Part shown: positions 37,872 through 46,728 of the stretch, piece by piece | How the letters are laid out: each line of letters opens with the position of its first letter | Position numbering within the stretch: position 1 is the stretch's first letter | Assembly (NCBI GenBank): GCA_041752195.1 | Contig: JBGSHP010000011.1 | Coordinates: 139,628-203,627, forward strand | Origin: Candidatus Zixiibacteriota bacterium | GTDB taxonomy: Bacteria; Zixibacteria; MSB-5A5; GN15; PGXB01 | Direction: 5' to 3' | Length of the DNA: 64,000 bases | Translations under genes and position numbers: made by a program | The notes under the pieces: model-generated | What the model was told of the DNA's origin: nothing | Databases searched by the model: none | What the model saw: only the letters and a program-made list of their open reading frames with translations

Positions 37872-37971
37872 CAACCCATTTTCTTTATAGAGATTGTTTA
37901 AATTACCAATTCGACGATATCTGCGCAAAAATTGAACCGGTTTTCACCGGAAAAAAAGAACAGTCCTTTTA

Positions 37972-39363
37972 TCAAGGCTGATTTCCCTTGTCCGACAATT
38001 TGTATTTTTCCAGTTTTCGATAAAGGGTGGAGTTGTCAATCCCCAGAATTTTGGCCGCCTGGGCCTTTTTGCCTTGAGTCTGGTCCATAACATAGTAAAT
38101 ATAGGCTTTCTCGATCGACTCCAAAGTCGGCGTCTTGGGGACATCCTCCGTGACCAACGGCTTGCTGTGACTGTCCAGGATGCGCGAAGGCAGATCGCTT
38201 AATTCGATATTTTCGCCTCGCGTCAGAAGCACCGCCCGCTCGATGCTGTTTTCCAGTTCCCGGACATTCCCCGGCCAGTCATATTTCACCAGCGCCTCCA
38301 TTACCGCCTTATCGATGCTCTTCGTGCCCGTATTGTTGCGTTCACAGAACTTGCGGACGAAGAAATTGGTCAATATGGGGATATCCTCGCGTCTTTCCCT
38401 TAAGGGCGGGATGAATATGGGCAGGACATTCAGGCGGTAAAACAGGTCGGCGCGAAATTTCTCCGCCTTGGCCATTTCCTCCAGATCGGCATTGGTTGCG
38501 GCTATCAGGCGGACATCGACCTGAATCGGTTTGGTGTCGCCTACCGGCGTAATTTGCTTATCCTCCAGGACCCGCAGAAGTTTTACCTGGATGGACATAG
38601 ACGTGTTACCGACCTCATCGAGGAAAAAGGTCCCCCCGTCGGCGACTTTGAATAACCCCTCTTTGTCCTTTATGGCTCCCGTAAAGGCCCCTTTTTTATA
38701 GCCGAATAACTCCGATTCCAAAAGGGTCTCCGGAAGGGCGGCGCAGTTGATAGTCACGAATGGCCCTTTGGCTCGGTTGGACGAGGTATGTATGGCCCGC
38801 GCGATCAGGTCTTTGCCGGTGCCGGATTCGCCCCGTATCATAACCGTGGAATCGGTTTCGGCCACCCGCGTGGCCAGTTTCTTCAAGGTGACAATCCCCT
38901 CGGATTGGCCTATAAAATTGTCGAATGAGAAATTGCGGCTCAATTGGCGTCGCAGATCATCATTTTCCTGGGTTAATTTTCGACGTCCCAGCGATTTATT
39001 TATGACCAGTTTTATCTCATCGACTTTGAACGGTTTGGTGATATAATCCGCGGCGCCCAGTTTCATCGCCTCTATGGCCGTATCCACGGAAGCGAAGGCC
39101 GTCATGACTATGAAATCCTGCTGGGGACGATGATTCTTGATTTCTTTTAGAAGGTCCAGCCCGGACATCCCCGGCATCATCAGGTCGGCGATAATCAAGT
39201 CGAAATTCTCATTCTGGCTGATGTCCGCCGCCTCGTTGCCCGAGTTGACCGTGGCGACATCGTATCCTTCCTTGGATAACATGATTTCCATGAAATCGCA
39301 CATCGACTTTTCATCATCGACAATAAGGATTTTACCCGGCACGATGCCTCCGCTAAAGACCAA
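37972..39363 (-). CDS. Sigma-54-dependent response regulator of the NtrC/PilR type.
   Basis: A REC domain (ILIVDDE..., the phospho-acceptor Asp within LIIADLMMPGMSG) is followed by an AAA+ sigma-54 activation domain (GESGTGKDLIARAIH, GAFTGA motif) and a C-terminal Fis-type HTH. It is adjacent to the pilin genes. Confidence 0.9.
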   Translation of the reverse strand: MVFSGGIVPGKILIVDDEKSMCDFMEIMLSKEGYDVATVNSGNEAADISQNENFDLIIADLMMPGMSGLDLLKEIKNHRPQQDFIVMTAFASVDTAIEAMKLGAADYITKPFKVDEIKLVINKSLGRRKLTQENDDLRRQLSRNFSFDNFIGQSEGIVTLKKLATRVAETDSTVMIRGESGTGKDLIARAIHTSSNRAKGPFVTINCAALPETLLESELFGYKKGAFTGAIKDKEGLFKVADGGTFFLDEVGNTSMSIQVKLLRVLEDKQITPVGDTKPIQVDVRLIAATNADLEEMAKAEKFRADLFYRLNVLPIFIPPLRERREDIPILTNFFVRKFCERNNTGTKSIDKAVMEALVKYDWPGNVRELENSIERAVLLTRGENIELSDLPSRILDSHSKPLVTEDVPKTPTLESIEKAYIYYVMDQTQGKKAQAAKILGIDNSTLYRKLEKYKLSDKGNQP

Positions 39364-39517
39364 TTTATGAGCCCTTCGTATCTGTTTTCTTATTCGGCAA
39401 TTGAGACCCGGACTGAATGGACGGACGCATCAATGTTCAGAGATTAAGCACTCAAATATCCTTGTTCCCCGCATGGTATAATATATTATTAAACAAGAAT
39501 TTAAACGGGAAACGAAA

Positions 39518-40309
39518 ATGTTGAAAAAACTCGATGAAGCCCTGGCCCAATTTGTCCGCCCCGGGTCCTTCCCTCTGGCCGTGCGCCTGGTCCGGGAAGG
39601 GGAGATTCTTTCCGAGAGGACCAAACGACCCTCCCGGGACCTGAAAACCAAAGTGGCCGTCTGCCAGACCTTTTCCATGGCGCGCAAATACGGCTGGCAG
39701 ATTGCCGTCGGCGCCGACGACATCAATTGCCCCCTGGCCCTGACCGCCTTCGGCTTTCGGGAGGAAACGGAAACCTTCTCCTGCGGGGAAATGTGCGCCA
39801 ATATGTTCACCGAAACTCTCACCGCCGGCGCCAGAACCGAGGCGGAGGTCCCCAAGTTTTCTTTCCGGGAATATCAATTCATCCTGGCCGCCCCCATCTC
39901 CCGGGCCGATTTCCAGCCCCAGGTTTATTTGATCTACGGCAACTCGGCCCAAGTCATGCGCCTTCTGGCCGCCGCCTTATATCGCCGGGGAGGATACCTG
40001 ACCAGCCGGTTCTCCGGACGACTGGACTGCGCCGATATATGTATCGAAACCATGAAAACCGGCCTGCCTCAAATTGTCCTGCCCTGTTACGGCGACCGGG
40101 TTTTCGGCCAGACCCAGGATGATGAAATGGCCATGACTATCCCGGCCGGAATGGAAGAGGAGATAATTGCCGGTCTGGAGGGAACCCACCGCGGCGGCAT
40201 CCGCTATCCGGTCCCTTCGTTCCTGCGCTACGCGCCGGAGTATCCCAAACATTATTACCGTCTCTTTGAGGCCTGGGAGAAAGAAGAAAAGACCAAACAT
40301 GAAAAGTGA
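39518..40309 (+). CDS. DUF169-family protein.
   Basis: At 263 aa the N-terminus (LKKLDEALAQFVRPGSFPLAVRLV) and conserved Cys pattern resemble DUF169/COG2043. An extended -10-like TGGTATAAT lies about 45 nt upstream. Its stop overlaps the next gene by 11 bp. Confidence 0.6.
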   Translation: MLKKLDEALAQFVRPGSFPLAVRLVREGEILSERTKRPSRDLKTKVAVCQTFSMARKYGWQIAVGADDINCPLALTAFGFREETETFSCGEMCANMFTETLTAGARTEAEVPKFSFREYQFILAAPISRADFQPQVYLIYGNSAQVMRLLAAALYRRGGYLTSRFSGRLDCADICIETMKTGLPQIVLPCYGDRVFGQTQDDEMAMTIPAGMEEEIIAGLEGTHRGGIRYPVPSFLRYAPEYPKHYYRLFEAWEKEEKTKHEK

Positions 40310-41297
40310 TTTAACCCCCCGCCAGCGACTGCGGCAGATTCTCCTGGGGATAATGCCCGACCGCCCGGCCGCCTCCGTCTGGCGGCATTTCTATCATCGC
40401 GAAACCAGCCTCGAAAATTTCGTCGCGGCCATGGTGGAATTCCAGAAAAAATTTTCCTGGGATTTCATGAAAATCAATCCTCGGGCCGGTTATCACGCCG
40501 AGGACTGGGGCAACCGGTACGAATGGTCAGGCGACGAATTTAAAAAACACCGCCTGCTGGAACCGGCCGTGAAATCCGCCGCCGACTGGGAGAAACTGGA
40601 AATTCTTCACCCGGGCGCGAAAGTCCTGGAGGAACACCTGAAGGCCATCAGCCTTATTCGCCGCCAGGTCGGAGCGGACCTGCCCCTGTTCATGACCGTC
40701 TTTACGCCGCTTTCGGTGGCCCGTTATCTGGTCGGAGATAATCAGACGTTGATACATCACCTTCTCGAATCCCCCGACAAACTCCTTCTTGGTTTGGAGA
40801 AAATCACCGCCACCTTCGCTATCTACGCCGATAGAATTCGCGATGCCGGCGCCGATGGGCTCTTTTTTGCCACCACCCATTGGGCCTCGGAAGATTTGCT
40901 GACTTTTGAGCAATACCGGATTTTCGGACGTCCCTTCGATTTGCGGGTCATCAAAGCCGCCGGTGACGACTCCCTTAATATCCTGCATGTCTGCGGCTCG
41001 CATAATTTCCTGGCCCAGTTGGCCGATTATCCGGCGTCGATGATAAACTGGGATGCCTGCGATCCCACCAACCTGCCTCTGGACCGGGCCGCCGATATCA
41101 TTCCCGATAAAGTCATCATAGGCGGCCTCGACCATACCGGCTGGCTGAAATTCGCCACCCCTTCGGAAATCGGGCACGAAATGGCGAAAATCAGAGAAAA
41201 AATGTCCGGCCGAAAATTCATCTTCGGCCCCGGTTGCACCCTTGACCCGGAAATCCCCGACGCCAACCTTCACGCCGTTCGGGATAGTCTTCTTTAA
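40299..41297 (+). CDS. Uroporphyrinogen-decarboxylase (URO-D)-like family protein, MtaA/CmuA-like.
   Basis: URO-D fold conservation runs throughout (FMTVFTPLSVARYLVG, GADGLFFATTHWAS, ILHVCGSHNF, IIGGLD). The ATG at 40299 overlaps the DUF169 stop. The ORF-track start at 40167 lies inside the DUF169 gene and is unlikely. Confidence 0.75.
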   Translation: MKSDLTPRQRLRQILLGIMPDRPAASVWRHFYHRETSLENFVAAMVEFQKKFSWDFMKINPRAGYHAEDWGNRYEWSGDEFKKHRLLEPAVKSAADWEKLEILHPGAKVLEEHLKAISLIRRQVGADLPLFMTVFTPLSVARYLVGDNQTLIHHLLESPDKLLLGLEKITATFAIYADRIRDAGADGLFFATTHWASEDLLTFEQYRIFGRPFDLRVIKAAGDDSLNILHVCGSHNFLAQLADYPASMINWDACDPTNLPLDRAADIIPDKVIIGGLDHTGWLKFATPSEIGHEMAKIREKMSGRKFIFGPGCTLDPEIPDANLHAVRDSLL

Positions 41298-41439
41298 TTT
41301 ATTGACCGCCATTCGATGGGCCGAGAATACTCTTCCCGGCGGCATTTAAATCGACCGGAACCGGGGAACTTCCCTCCGCGATTTGGGTATCAAATCCGGG
41401 TCAGCCCGGCCGCAAATGTGGAAAAGGGGTTGATTTCTA

Positions 41440-41468
41440 TTGACAGACAACTCCGGCAGGCCCATATT
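41440..41468 (+). promoter_or_regulatory. Candidate sigma-70-type promoter.
   Basis: TTGACA is followed by a 17-nt spacer and CATATT, about 95 nt upstream of the 41565 ATG. A similar TTGACA-N18-CATATT occurs at 42301..42330 upstream of the small-peptide/BlaI operon. Confidence 0.3.
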
Positions 41469-41564
41469 GCAGCCGGTTTTTTGGACGCTTAACCGCAAGC
41501 CGACTAAGCCGATAAAGAAAAAAACGCAGAGCACAGCCCCTGCTTAACCAGGAGAGAGAAAACC

Positions 41565-42191
41565 ATGCGCAAGGTCTTTTTCGTCAGTTTCACTTTAGCC
41601 GTTATGGCCGTATTTATGGCCTCGGCTCTGGGCCAGGAAGCCATCCCCGTCCCGCAATCCACGTCCGCCGTGGCTCATACCCTGATCATAAAAGCCGGTT
41701 CGGCCGAAGCCAAGGATAAAGTCATCACCGCCGGGACCCCTTTCACCCTGGATTTGATTTTCAATTATAAAGGCGGCCGGGACCTGACCGGAGGCACTTT
41801 CGGTGTCCAGCTTTTCAGTCCGGACAAAAGTATTACTTCGGTAACTCATCGCCCGGTCGATACCGCGGGCCTGTTCCCCAGCGTTCAATTTCTTGGCGAA
41901 TGGAATGAATCCTTCTCCGCCCTGAACATCATCAATCTAGATAAAAAAGAATATATTCTTGACGGCAAACTTCCCGATTCCCTCTATGTCATTTTTGCCG
42001 GCATTAAGGGCATTGCCCCCAATAAAGGGGACCTGGCCCTGATTCGACTTAATCTTCAAATTGACGGCCAGGCCGGCAAACTTTGTGTCGATTCGGTCGG
42101 CCAGGGTCCCAATACCGATTTGGATTGGCTCTTCAGCGACGGCATCAAGGCCTCTTTCGACGGGCCTTTTTGCCTGACTATTAAAAAGTAA
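41565..42191 (+). CDS. Secreted hypothetical protein.
   Basis: A signal peptide (MRKVFFVSFTLAVMAVFMASALG) is preceded by a GGAGAGAGA Shine-Dalgarno, and a terminator follows the gene. No family is recognised. Confidence 0.6.
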   Translation: MRKVFFVSFTLAVMAVFMASALGQEAIPVPQSTSAVAHTLIIKAGSAEAKDKVITAGTPFTLDLIFNYKGGRDLTGGTFGVQLFSPDKSITSVTHRPVDTAGLFPSVQFLGEWNESFSALNIINLDKKEYILDGKLPDSLYVIFAGIKGIAPNKGDLALIRLNLQIDGQAGKLCVDSVGQGPNTDLDWLFSDGIKASFDGPFCLTIKK

Positions 42192-42218
42192 CCCGAATTT
42201 CACGGCTTAAGACCTGAC

Positions 42219-42253
42219 GCGGCGGGGAGTTTTCATTCCCCGCCATTCTTTTT
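42219..42253 (+). terminator. Rho-independent terminator.
   Basis: The hairpin GCGGCGGGGA-gttttcatt-CCCCGCC is followed by ATTCTTTTT, 28 nt after the stop. Confidence 0.65.
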
Positions 42254-42360
42254 GGAATCGCCCCGATACCGTTTTTCACCGGGATTATTTTGGCAATTTT
42301 GTTGACACCGAAAGCCGGCCGGAACCATATTACGGCTAAATATTATCAAGGAAGGCTTAT

Positions 42361-42516
42361 ATGTTCTTGGGCTTTTTTCTTCTTATACTCGGGGTTGTGA
42401 TAATTTTGTCACGAGCCGACATTATACCCGGCGGGGTTTGGGATTATATTCTGCCGATTATTCTGATTGCCATTGGCGGTGGCATGATCGTCAAGCGTTC
42501 CCGCAAATCGTCATGA
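42361..42516 (+). CDS. Small 2-TM membrane peptide of 51 aa, a paralog of the peptide at 15817..16041. It is below the ORF-track size cut-off.
   Basis: It translates as MFLGFFLLILGVVIILSRADIIPGGVWDYILPIILIAIGGGMIVKRSRKSS. An AAGGAAGG Shine-Dalgarno lies 5 nt upstream, and the stop overlaps the repressor start (ATGA). The second helix plus basic tail aligns with WPAILIVVGLALIFGSLKRRRS of the other peptide. Confidence 0.55.
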   Translation: MFLGFFLLILGVVIILSRADIIPGGVWDYILPIILIAIGGGMIVKRSRKSS

Positions 42517-42902
42517 GCGACGACAAAGCCGCCATTGTCATCCGTCCCCGATTGGCCGGCTCGGCCAAATTCCTGGGGGAACTGGAAAGCGAAATCATGG
42601 AGATTATCTGGACCAATTCTCCTCTGACAGTCAAACGCGTCCTGTATTTTATTCAAAAAAAACGCCCCTATGCCTACACGACTATCATGACCGTGATGAA
42701 CCGCCTGGCGAATAAAGGCTTATTGATGCGAAGCAAAAAAGGCCAGGCCTTTATTTATTCACCTCTTCAGAGCCGGGAGGAATTTATCCGGGGAACCGTC
42801 GAGAAAATATTGGACGGTCTCCGGGAGGATTTCCCCGAAATTTCGCCATTCACCCTTCAGAAGGCCCGTAAAACCCCCGATTCCCGCCGCAAGGGACGAT
42901 AA
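42513..42902 (+). CDS. BlaI/MecI/CopY-family (Penicillinase_R) winged-helix transcriptional repressor.
   Basis: LGELESEIMEIIWTNSPLTVKRVLYFI...YAYTTIMTVMNRLANKGLLMRSKKGQAFIYSP matches the family consensus. Start 42513 is coupled to the upstream peptide. The ORF-track start 42438 adds 25 non-homologous residues. Confidence 0.8.
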   Translation: MSDDKAAIVIRPRLAGSAKFLGELESEIMEIIWTNSPLTVKRVLYFIQKKRPYAYTTIMTVMNRLANKGLLMRSKKGQAFIYSPLQSREEFIRGTVEKILDGLREDFPEISPFTLQKARKTPDSRRKGR

Positions 42903-42945
42903 ATTCCGCCTTCAGATTCCGCTCTTTTTTCCCGATAGTACCCAT

Positions 42946-43707
42946 ATGAAATGGATTTTGGCCGTTTCGGCCGTTTTGGTCCTGGCCGCGGTTTCCATGC
43001 TGGCCGGAACTCATACCATCGATTCCTTCGGCTGTCGCCTGGACATTTCCGAAGACTGGACGGCGGATACCTCGCTGGGCGAGGAGATCGCTCTGTATAA
43101 CGAGAAATTTCCCCGGGCCGTGATTCTCCTGCAAAGATATTCGCTCGAAAAAGGGCGCCAGATAAATTCCGAAGAAGCCCTGCGCCAGGCTATTGCCGGG
43201 CTTTATAAAGAATTGGGCGCGCTCGCTTCCGACTCGGCCGACATCCAGTATGTTCTTGAAAACCACCGGGCCTGGTTCGACCTGGAATTTGTCGAGGAAG
43301 ACCCGGATACGGCCATCCTGATTCGAAAATATATCAAGGGGATGGTGGTCCGGGAAAAAGGCGATGGACAGACTCTTTATCTTTTGAATATCGAAATGCC
43401 CCTGGAAGATTACGAAAGCGATTACGCCGCCTGGGAAACTCTGGCCGATTCCTGGGTGGTAACCGCGGAAATCGAAGATTATCTCTTTCCCCGCGAAAGC
43501 AACTGGGGTCTTTTCATGCTATTTATAGTTATGTCCCTGATGCTCTTCTTTTATGCCCGTAACCGCCGCATTCAGAAATCAGCCAATCCTTTGAGCCGGG
43601 AATCCCGAAATTTCTGGCGTTGTCCCAATTGCCATCTGGTCAATCATATCGAGCACCACACCTGCACCCGGTGCGGCGCCGAGAATGTCGTCCAATATAC
43701 CCCTTGA
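42946..43707 (+). CDS. Bitopic membrane protein with a periplasmic domain, one TM helix and a cytoplasmic C4-type zinc ribbon.
   Basis: An N-terminal signal or TM segment (MKWILAVSAVLVLAAVSMLAG) is followed by a roughly 170-aa acidic extracytoplasmic domain, a TM helix (WGLFMLFIVMSLMLFFYA), a basic stop-transfer, and CPNCHLVNHIEHHTCTRCG. No family is recognised. There is no HExxH motif, so it is not a BlaR1/M56 peptidase. Confidence 0.6.
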   Translation: MKWILAVSAVLVLAAVSMLAGTHTIDSFGCRLDISEDWTADTSLGEEIALYNEKFPRAVILLQRYSLEKGRQINSEEALRQAIAGLYKELGALASDSADIQYVLENHRAWFDLEFVEEDPDTAILIRKYIKGMVVREKGDGQTLYLLNIEMPLEDYESDYAAWETLADSWVVTAEIEDYLFPRESNWGLFMLFIVMSLMLFFYARNRRIQKSANPLSRESRNFWRCPNCHLVNHIEHHTCTRCGAENVVQYTP

Positions 43708-43711
43708 AACC

Positions 43712-44116
43712 CTACCCCTGCTCCAGTTCCATCAAAACCCCGCAGGTCGATTTGGGGTGCACAAAGGCTATTTTTTTGCCTTCGGCGCCGGTCCGTGGAG
43801 ATTCGTCGATTAAACGATAACCCCGTTTTTTCAATTCCGCCAGGCGCCCGGCCACATCCTCGACATGCAATGATATGTGGTGCAAGCCTTCGCCGCGCGA
43901 TTCCAGAAAGGCCTTTATGGACTTGTTGTCCGCGGTCGGGCAGATTAATTCAATCGCCCCGCCCTCCTTGCCCGACGGGCGAAATACCGCCACCCGGACC
44001 TTCTGGTCCGCCACCTCTTCGACTGTCTCGGGATCGCAGCCCAGTACGATTTTATAAACTTCAATCGCCTTCTGCAAATCCGCCACGGCGATGGCTACAT
44101 GCCCGATGGACGTCAT
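43712..44116 (-). CDS. Methylmalonyl-CoA epimerase (VOC/glyoxalase family).
   Basis: IGHVAIAVADLQKAIEVY...GLHHISLHVEDV and a 134-aa size fit the methylmalonyl-CoA epimerase subgroup. It lies in the mutase/carboxylase operon. Confidence 0.8.
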   Translation of the reverse strand: MTSIGHVAIAVADLQKAIEVYKIVLGCDPETVEEVADQKVRVAVFRPSGKEGGAIELICPTADNKSIKAFLESRGEGLHHISLHVEDVAGRLAELKKRGYRLIDESPRTGAEGKKIAFVHPKSTCGVLMELEQG

Positions 44117-44649
44117 AACGTATCTCCGGTTTCTTCTTTATAACGCCGAAGATTCTCCAGATACTCGAGTTCCTCCTTCGAACCGGCCATGGACATGTAC
44201 GGCTTGATCCATTTCCCCGTAAACTTATACATCGAAAAAGCATAGGCCTGGGAGGTCTGGCCCTTGCCGGAACGCGACTCGTATATGACCTGGGCGAACA
44301 CCCGGGCCGAATCCCCGGTCACCTTGACACTGTCGATATTTATCCCGCGAATGGTATCGTAGATATAATTGTAAACCTTATGAAGTTCATAGTACTCCGA
44401 TAAAGGGGTCTTGTCCCGGTAGTAGCTGAATTCGTTTTCATAGAGCGCCGTTTTATCCCCTTCCCAGAGACGATCCATCATGTTTTTCATGACCGCCCGA
44501 ATTTGCTCTTCATCGCTGCCGCTTGTCGTCGTCATGGTTTGGGTGGAAGCCGCATTCGTAGTTTCCGGCTTTTCCGATCCGCCGCAACCCGGCAAAATCA
44601 GAATGATAACGGCCAATAAAATCAGTTTATATTCTCTCATGATACTCAC
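44113..44649 (-). CDS. Lipoprotein, hypothetical.
   Basis: A lipobox ([12 protein letters not shown]) follows the signal peptide, and there is a 4-bp overlap with the epimerase gene. Confidence 0.6.
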   Translation of the reverse strand: MSIMREYKLILLAVIILILPGCGGSEKPETTNAASTQTMTTTSGSDEEQIRAVMKNMMDRLWEGDKTALYENEFSYYRDKTPLSEYYELHKVYNYIYDTIRGINIDSVKVTGDSARVFAQVIYESRSGKGQTSQAYAFSMYKFTGKWIKPYMSMAGSKEELEYLENLRRYKEETGDTL

Positions 44650-46204
44650 CCCATAATCCTCTCAACGAATCGGAGATTTCGCCCACGGTAGCGTAATTCT
44701 CAACCGCCCGTAATACATACGGCATCAGATTATCGCCATCGCGCGCCGCTGTCAATATCTCTTCCAGGCATTTTTGCACTTTTTTGTTGTCGCGGCGATT
44801 TCGAAGAGCCTCCAGCCGCGAGACCTGTTTTTGCTCCAGGTCCGGATCCACTTTCAGGATTTCCTGATGATGCTCCTTATCTTTTTCTTCGCGGAACCTG
44901 TTCATCCCGACAATTACCGCTTCGCCAGCTTCCACTTTTTTCTGGAATTCATACGCCGAACGGGCTATCTCGGTTCGGAAAAAGCCGCTTTCGACACAGG
45001 CCACCGAGCCGCCCTTTTCTTCGACAAGGGCCATCAGGGCCGAAGCCTTCGCTTGTATTTGGTCTGTCAAATACTCCACCAGGTAAGAACCGCCCAGAGG
45101 ATCGGCCGCATCGACCACCCCGGATTCGTAGCCAATTATCTGCTGGGTGCGCAAAGCGATTTCGGCCGATTTTTCAGTCGGCAAGGCCATGGCTTCGTCG
45201 TACGAATTGGTGTGAAGCGACTGCGTCCCGCCCAGCACCGCCGCCAGGGCCTGCATGGCCGTCCGGACAATATTGTTCTCCGGCTGCTGCGCTGTCAGGG
45301 TCGATCCCCCCGTTTGGGTATGAAACCGCAGAAGCCACGACTTCTCCGACCTTGCCTTAAATTTCTCCCTGATAATCTCGGCCCAGAGTTTCCGCGCCGC
45401 CCGGAATTTGGCCACTTCCTCCAGAAGATTACTGTGAGCGGCAAAAAAGAATGACAGCCGGGGCGCGAAATCATCGATATCCATCCCCGCCTTCAACGCC
45501 GATCGGACATACTCGATCGCGTTGGCCAGCGTGAAAGCCACTTCCTGGACAGCCGTGGCTCCGGCCTCGCGAATATGATATCCCGATATCGAGATGGTAT
45601 TAAAGCGGGGGAGATTCTCTTTGGCATACGAGAATATGTCCGTAATCAGGCGCATCGACGGTTCCGGGGGATAGATATATGTCCCGCGAGCGATGAACTC
45701 CTTTAAAATATCATTCTGAATCGTCCCCGATATCTTATCCGGATTGACACCCTGCTTTTTGGCCACCGTGATATACATGGCTAAAAGAATCATGGCCGTG
45801 GAATTGATCGTCATAGAAGTCGAAACCAGGCCCAGATCGATTCCGTCGAATATGGTCTCCATATCTTCCAGGGAATCGACCGCCACCCCGGTGCGGCCGA
45901 CCTCGCCTTTGGCCAGGGCATGATCCGAATCGTACCCTATCTGGGTGGCCAGATCGAAGGCCACCGATAAACCGGTCTGGCCCTGTTCCAGGAGATACTT
46001 ATAGCGGCGATTGGTTTCCTCGGCCGTTCCGAATCCGGCATATTGCCGCATTGTCCAGAGCCGCCCGCGGTACATATCGGGATAAATTCCGCGCTTGAAA
46101 GGATACTGCCCCGGTCGATCCGCTACGGTCTTACCGGCCGTTTCCTCGAACGCGACGGGGGGAATTTCTATGCCCGAGGTCGTGAATTTCTTCCGCTCGG
46201 TCAT
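44627..46204 (-). CDS. Methylmalonyl-CoA mutase-family large subunit, catalytic (beta/alpha)8 domain only (paralog 1).
   Basis: [47 protein letters not shown] is the classic MCM substrate-domain signature. No fused B12-binding domain is present. Confidence 0.9.
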   Translation of the reverse strand: MTERKKFTTSGIEIPPVAFEETAGKTVADRPGQYPFKRGIYPDMYRGRLWTMRQYAGFGTAEETNRRYKYLLEQGQTGLSVAFDLATQIGYDSDHALAKGEVGRTGVAVDSLEDMETIFDGIDLGLVSTSMTINSTAMILLAMYITVAKKQGVNPDKISGTIQNDILKEFIARGTYIYPPEPSMRLITDIFSYAKENLPRFNTISISGYHIREAGATAVQEVAFTLANAIEYVRSALKAGMDIDDFAPRLSFFFAAHSNLLEEVAKFRAARKLWAEIIREKFKARSEKSWLLRFHTQTGGSTLTAQQPENNIVRTAMQALAAVLGGTQSLHTNSYDEAMALPTEKSAEIALRTQQIIGYESGVVDAADPLGGSYLVEYLTDQIQAKASALMALVEEKGGSVACVESGFFRTEIARSAYEFQKKVEAGEAVIVGMNRFREEKDKEHHQEILKVDPDLEQKQVSRLEALRNRRDNKKVQKCLEEILTAARDGDNLMPYVLRAVENYATVGEISDSLRGLWGEYHERI

Positions 46205-46728
46205 TCCAATTCCACCAGTTTGTCGTTCTTATCCACGGCCTGTCCCGACGAAATGAAAATCCTGCCGACTTTGCCGTCATAAGGCGATTTTATCACATTT
46301 TCCATCTTCATGGCCTCGATAATTACCAGCGACTGCCCCTTCGTTACCTTATCGCCCGGCCCGACTTCACTTCGGATAACCAACCCCGGCATGGGCGCCC
46401 GGATTATTTTTTCCGCCGGCCCCTCCAGGGCCGTCCCCGCCCGCTTGCGCAACTCCGCCAGGGAATACGGCTCCACCCGCACCGTCAATTCCTGGCCTTC
46501 CAGAAATACGGAAAGATTGCCGTTGTCGGAAGAGAAATCGATTTCCGAAGAGGCGTTATCGATGCGGAAAAGATATTTCCCCGCGCCGATATTATCCGTC
46601 GCCACATTGTATCGTTGTCCCCCGGCTTCAATTAAATAACTGTCGCCTTCCTTTACCAGATTAAGATCATACTCTTTGTTATTGATGGTAACGATATATC
46701 TTTCCGAAATCCGGGTCATAATTATCAA
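46201..46728 (-). CDS. Biotin carboxyl carrier protein / biotin-lipoyl domain subunit.
   Basis: The C-terminal biotinylation motif [17 protein letters not shown] is present. It lies between the biotin carboxylase and mutase genes. Confidence 0.85.
   Translation of the reverse strand: MIIMTRISERYIVTINNKEYDLNLVKEGDSYLIEAGGQRYNVATDNIGAGKYLFRIDNASSEIDFSSDNGNLSVFLEGQELTVRVEPYSLAELRKRAGTALEGPAEKIIRAPMPGLVIRSEVGPGDKVTKGQSLVIIEAMKMENVIKSPYDGKVGRIFISSGQAVDKNDKLVELE

Noticed and set aside
40527-41345. A 272-aa minus-strand ORF.
   Set aside because: It is antisense to the URO-D-like gene, which has conserved domain structure. No homology or translation signal supports it.
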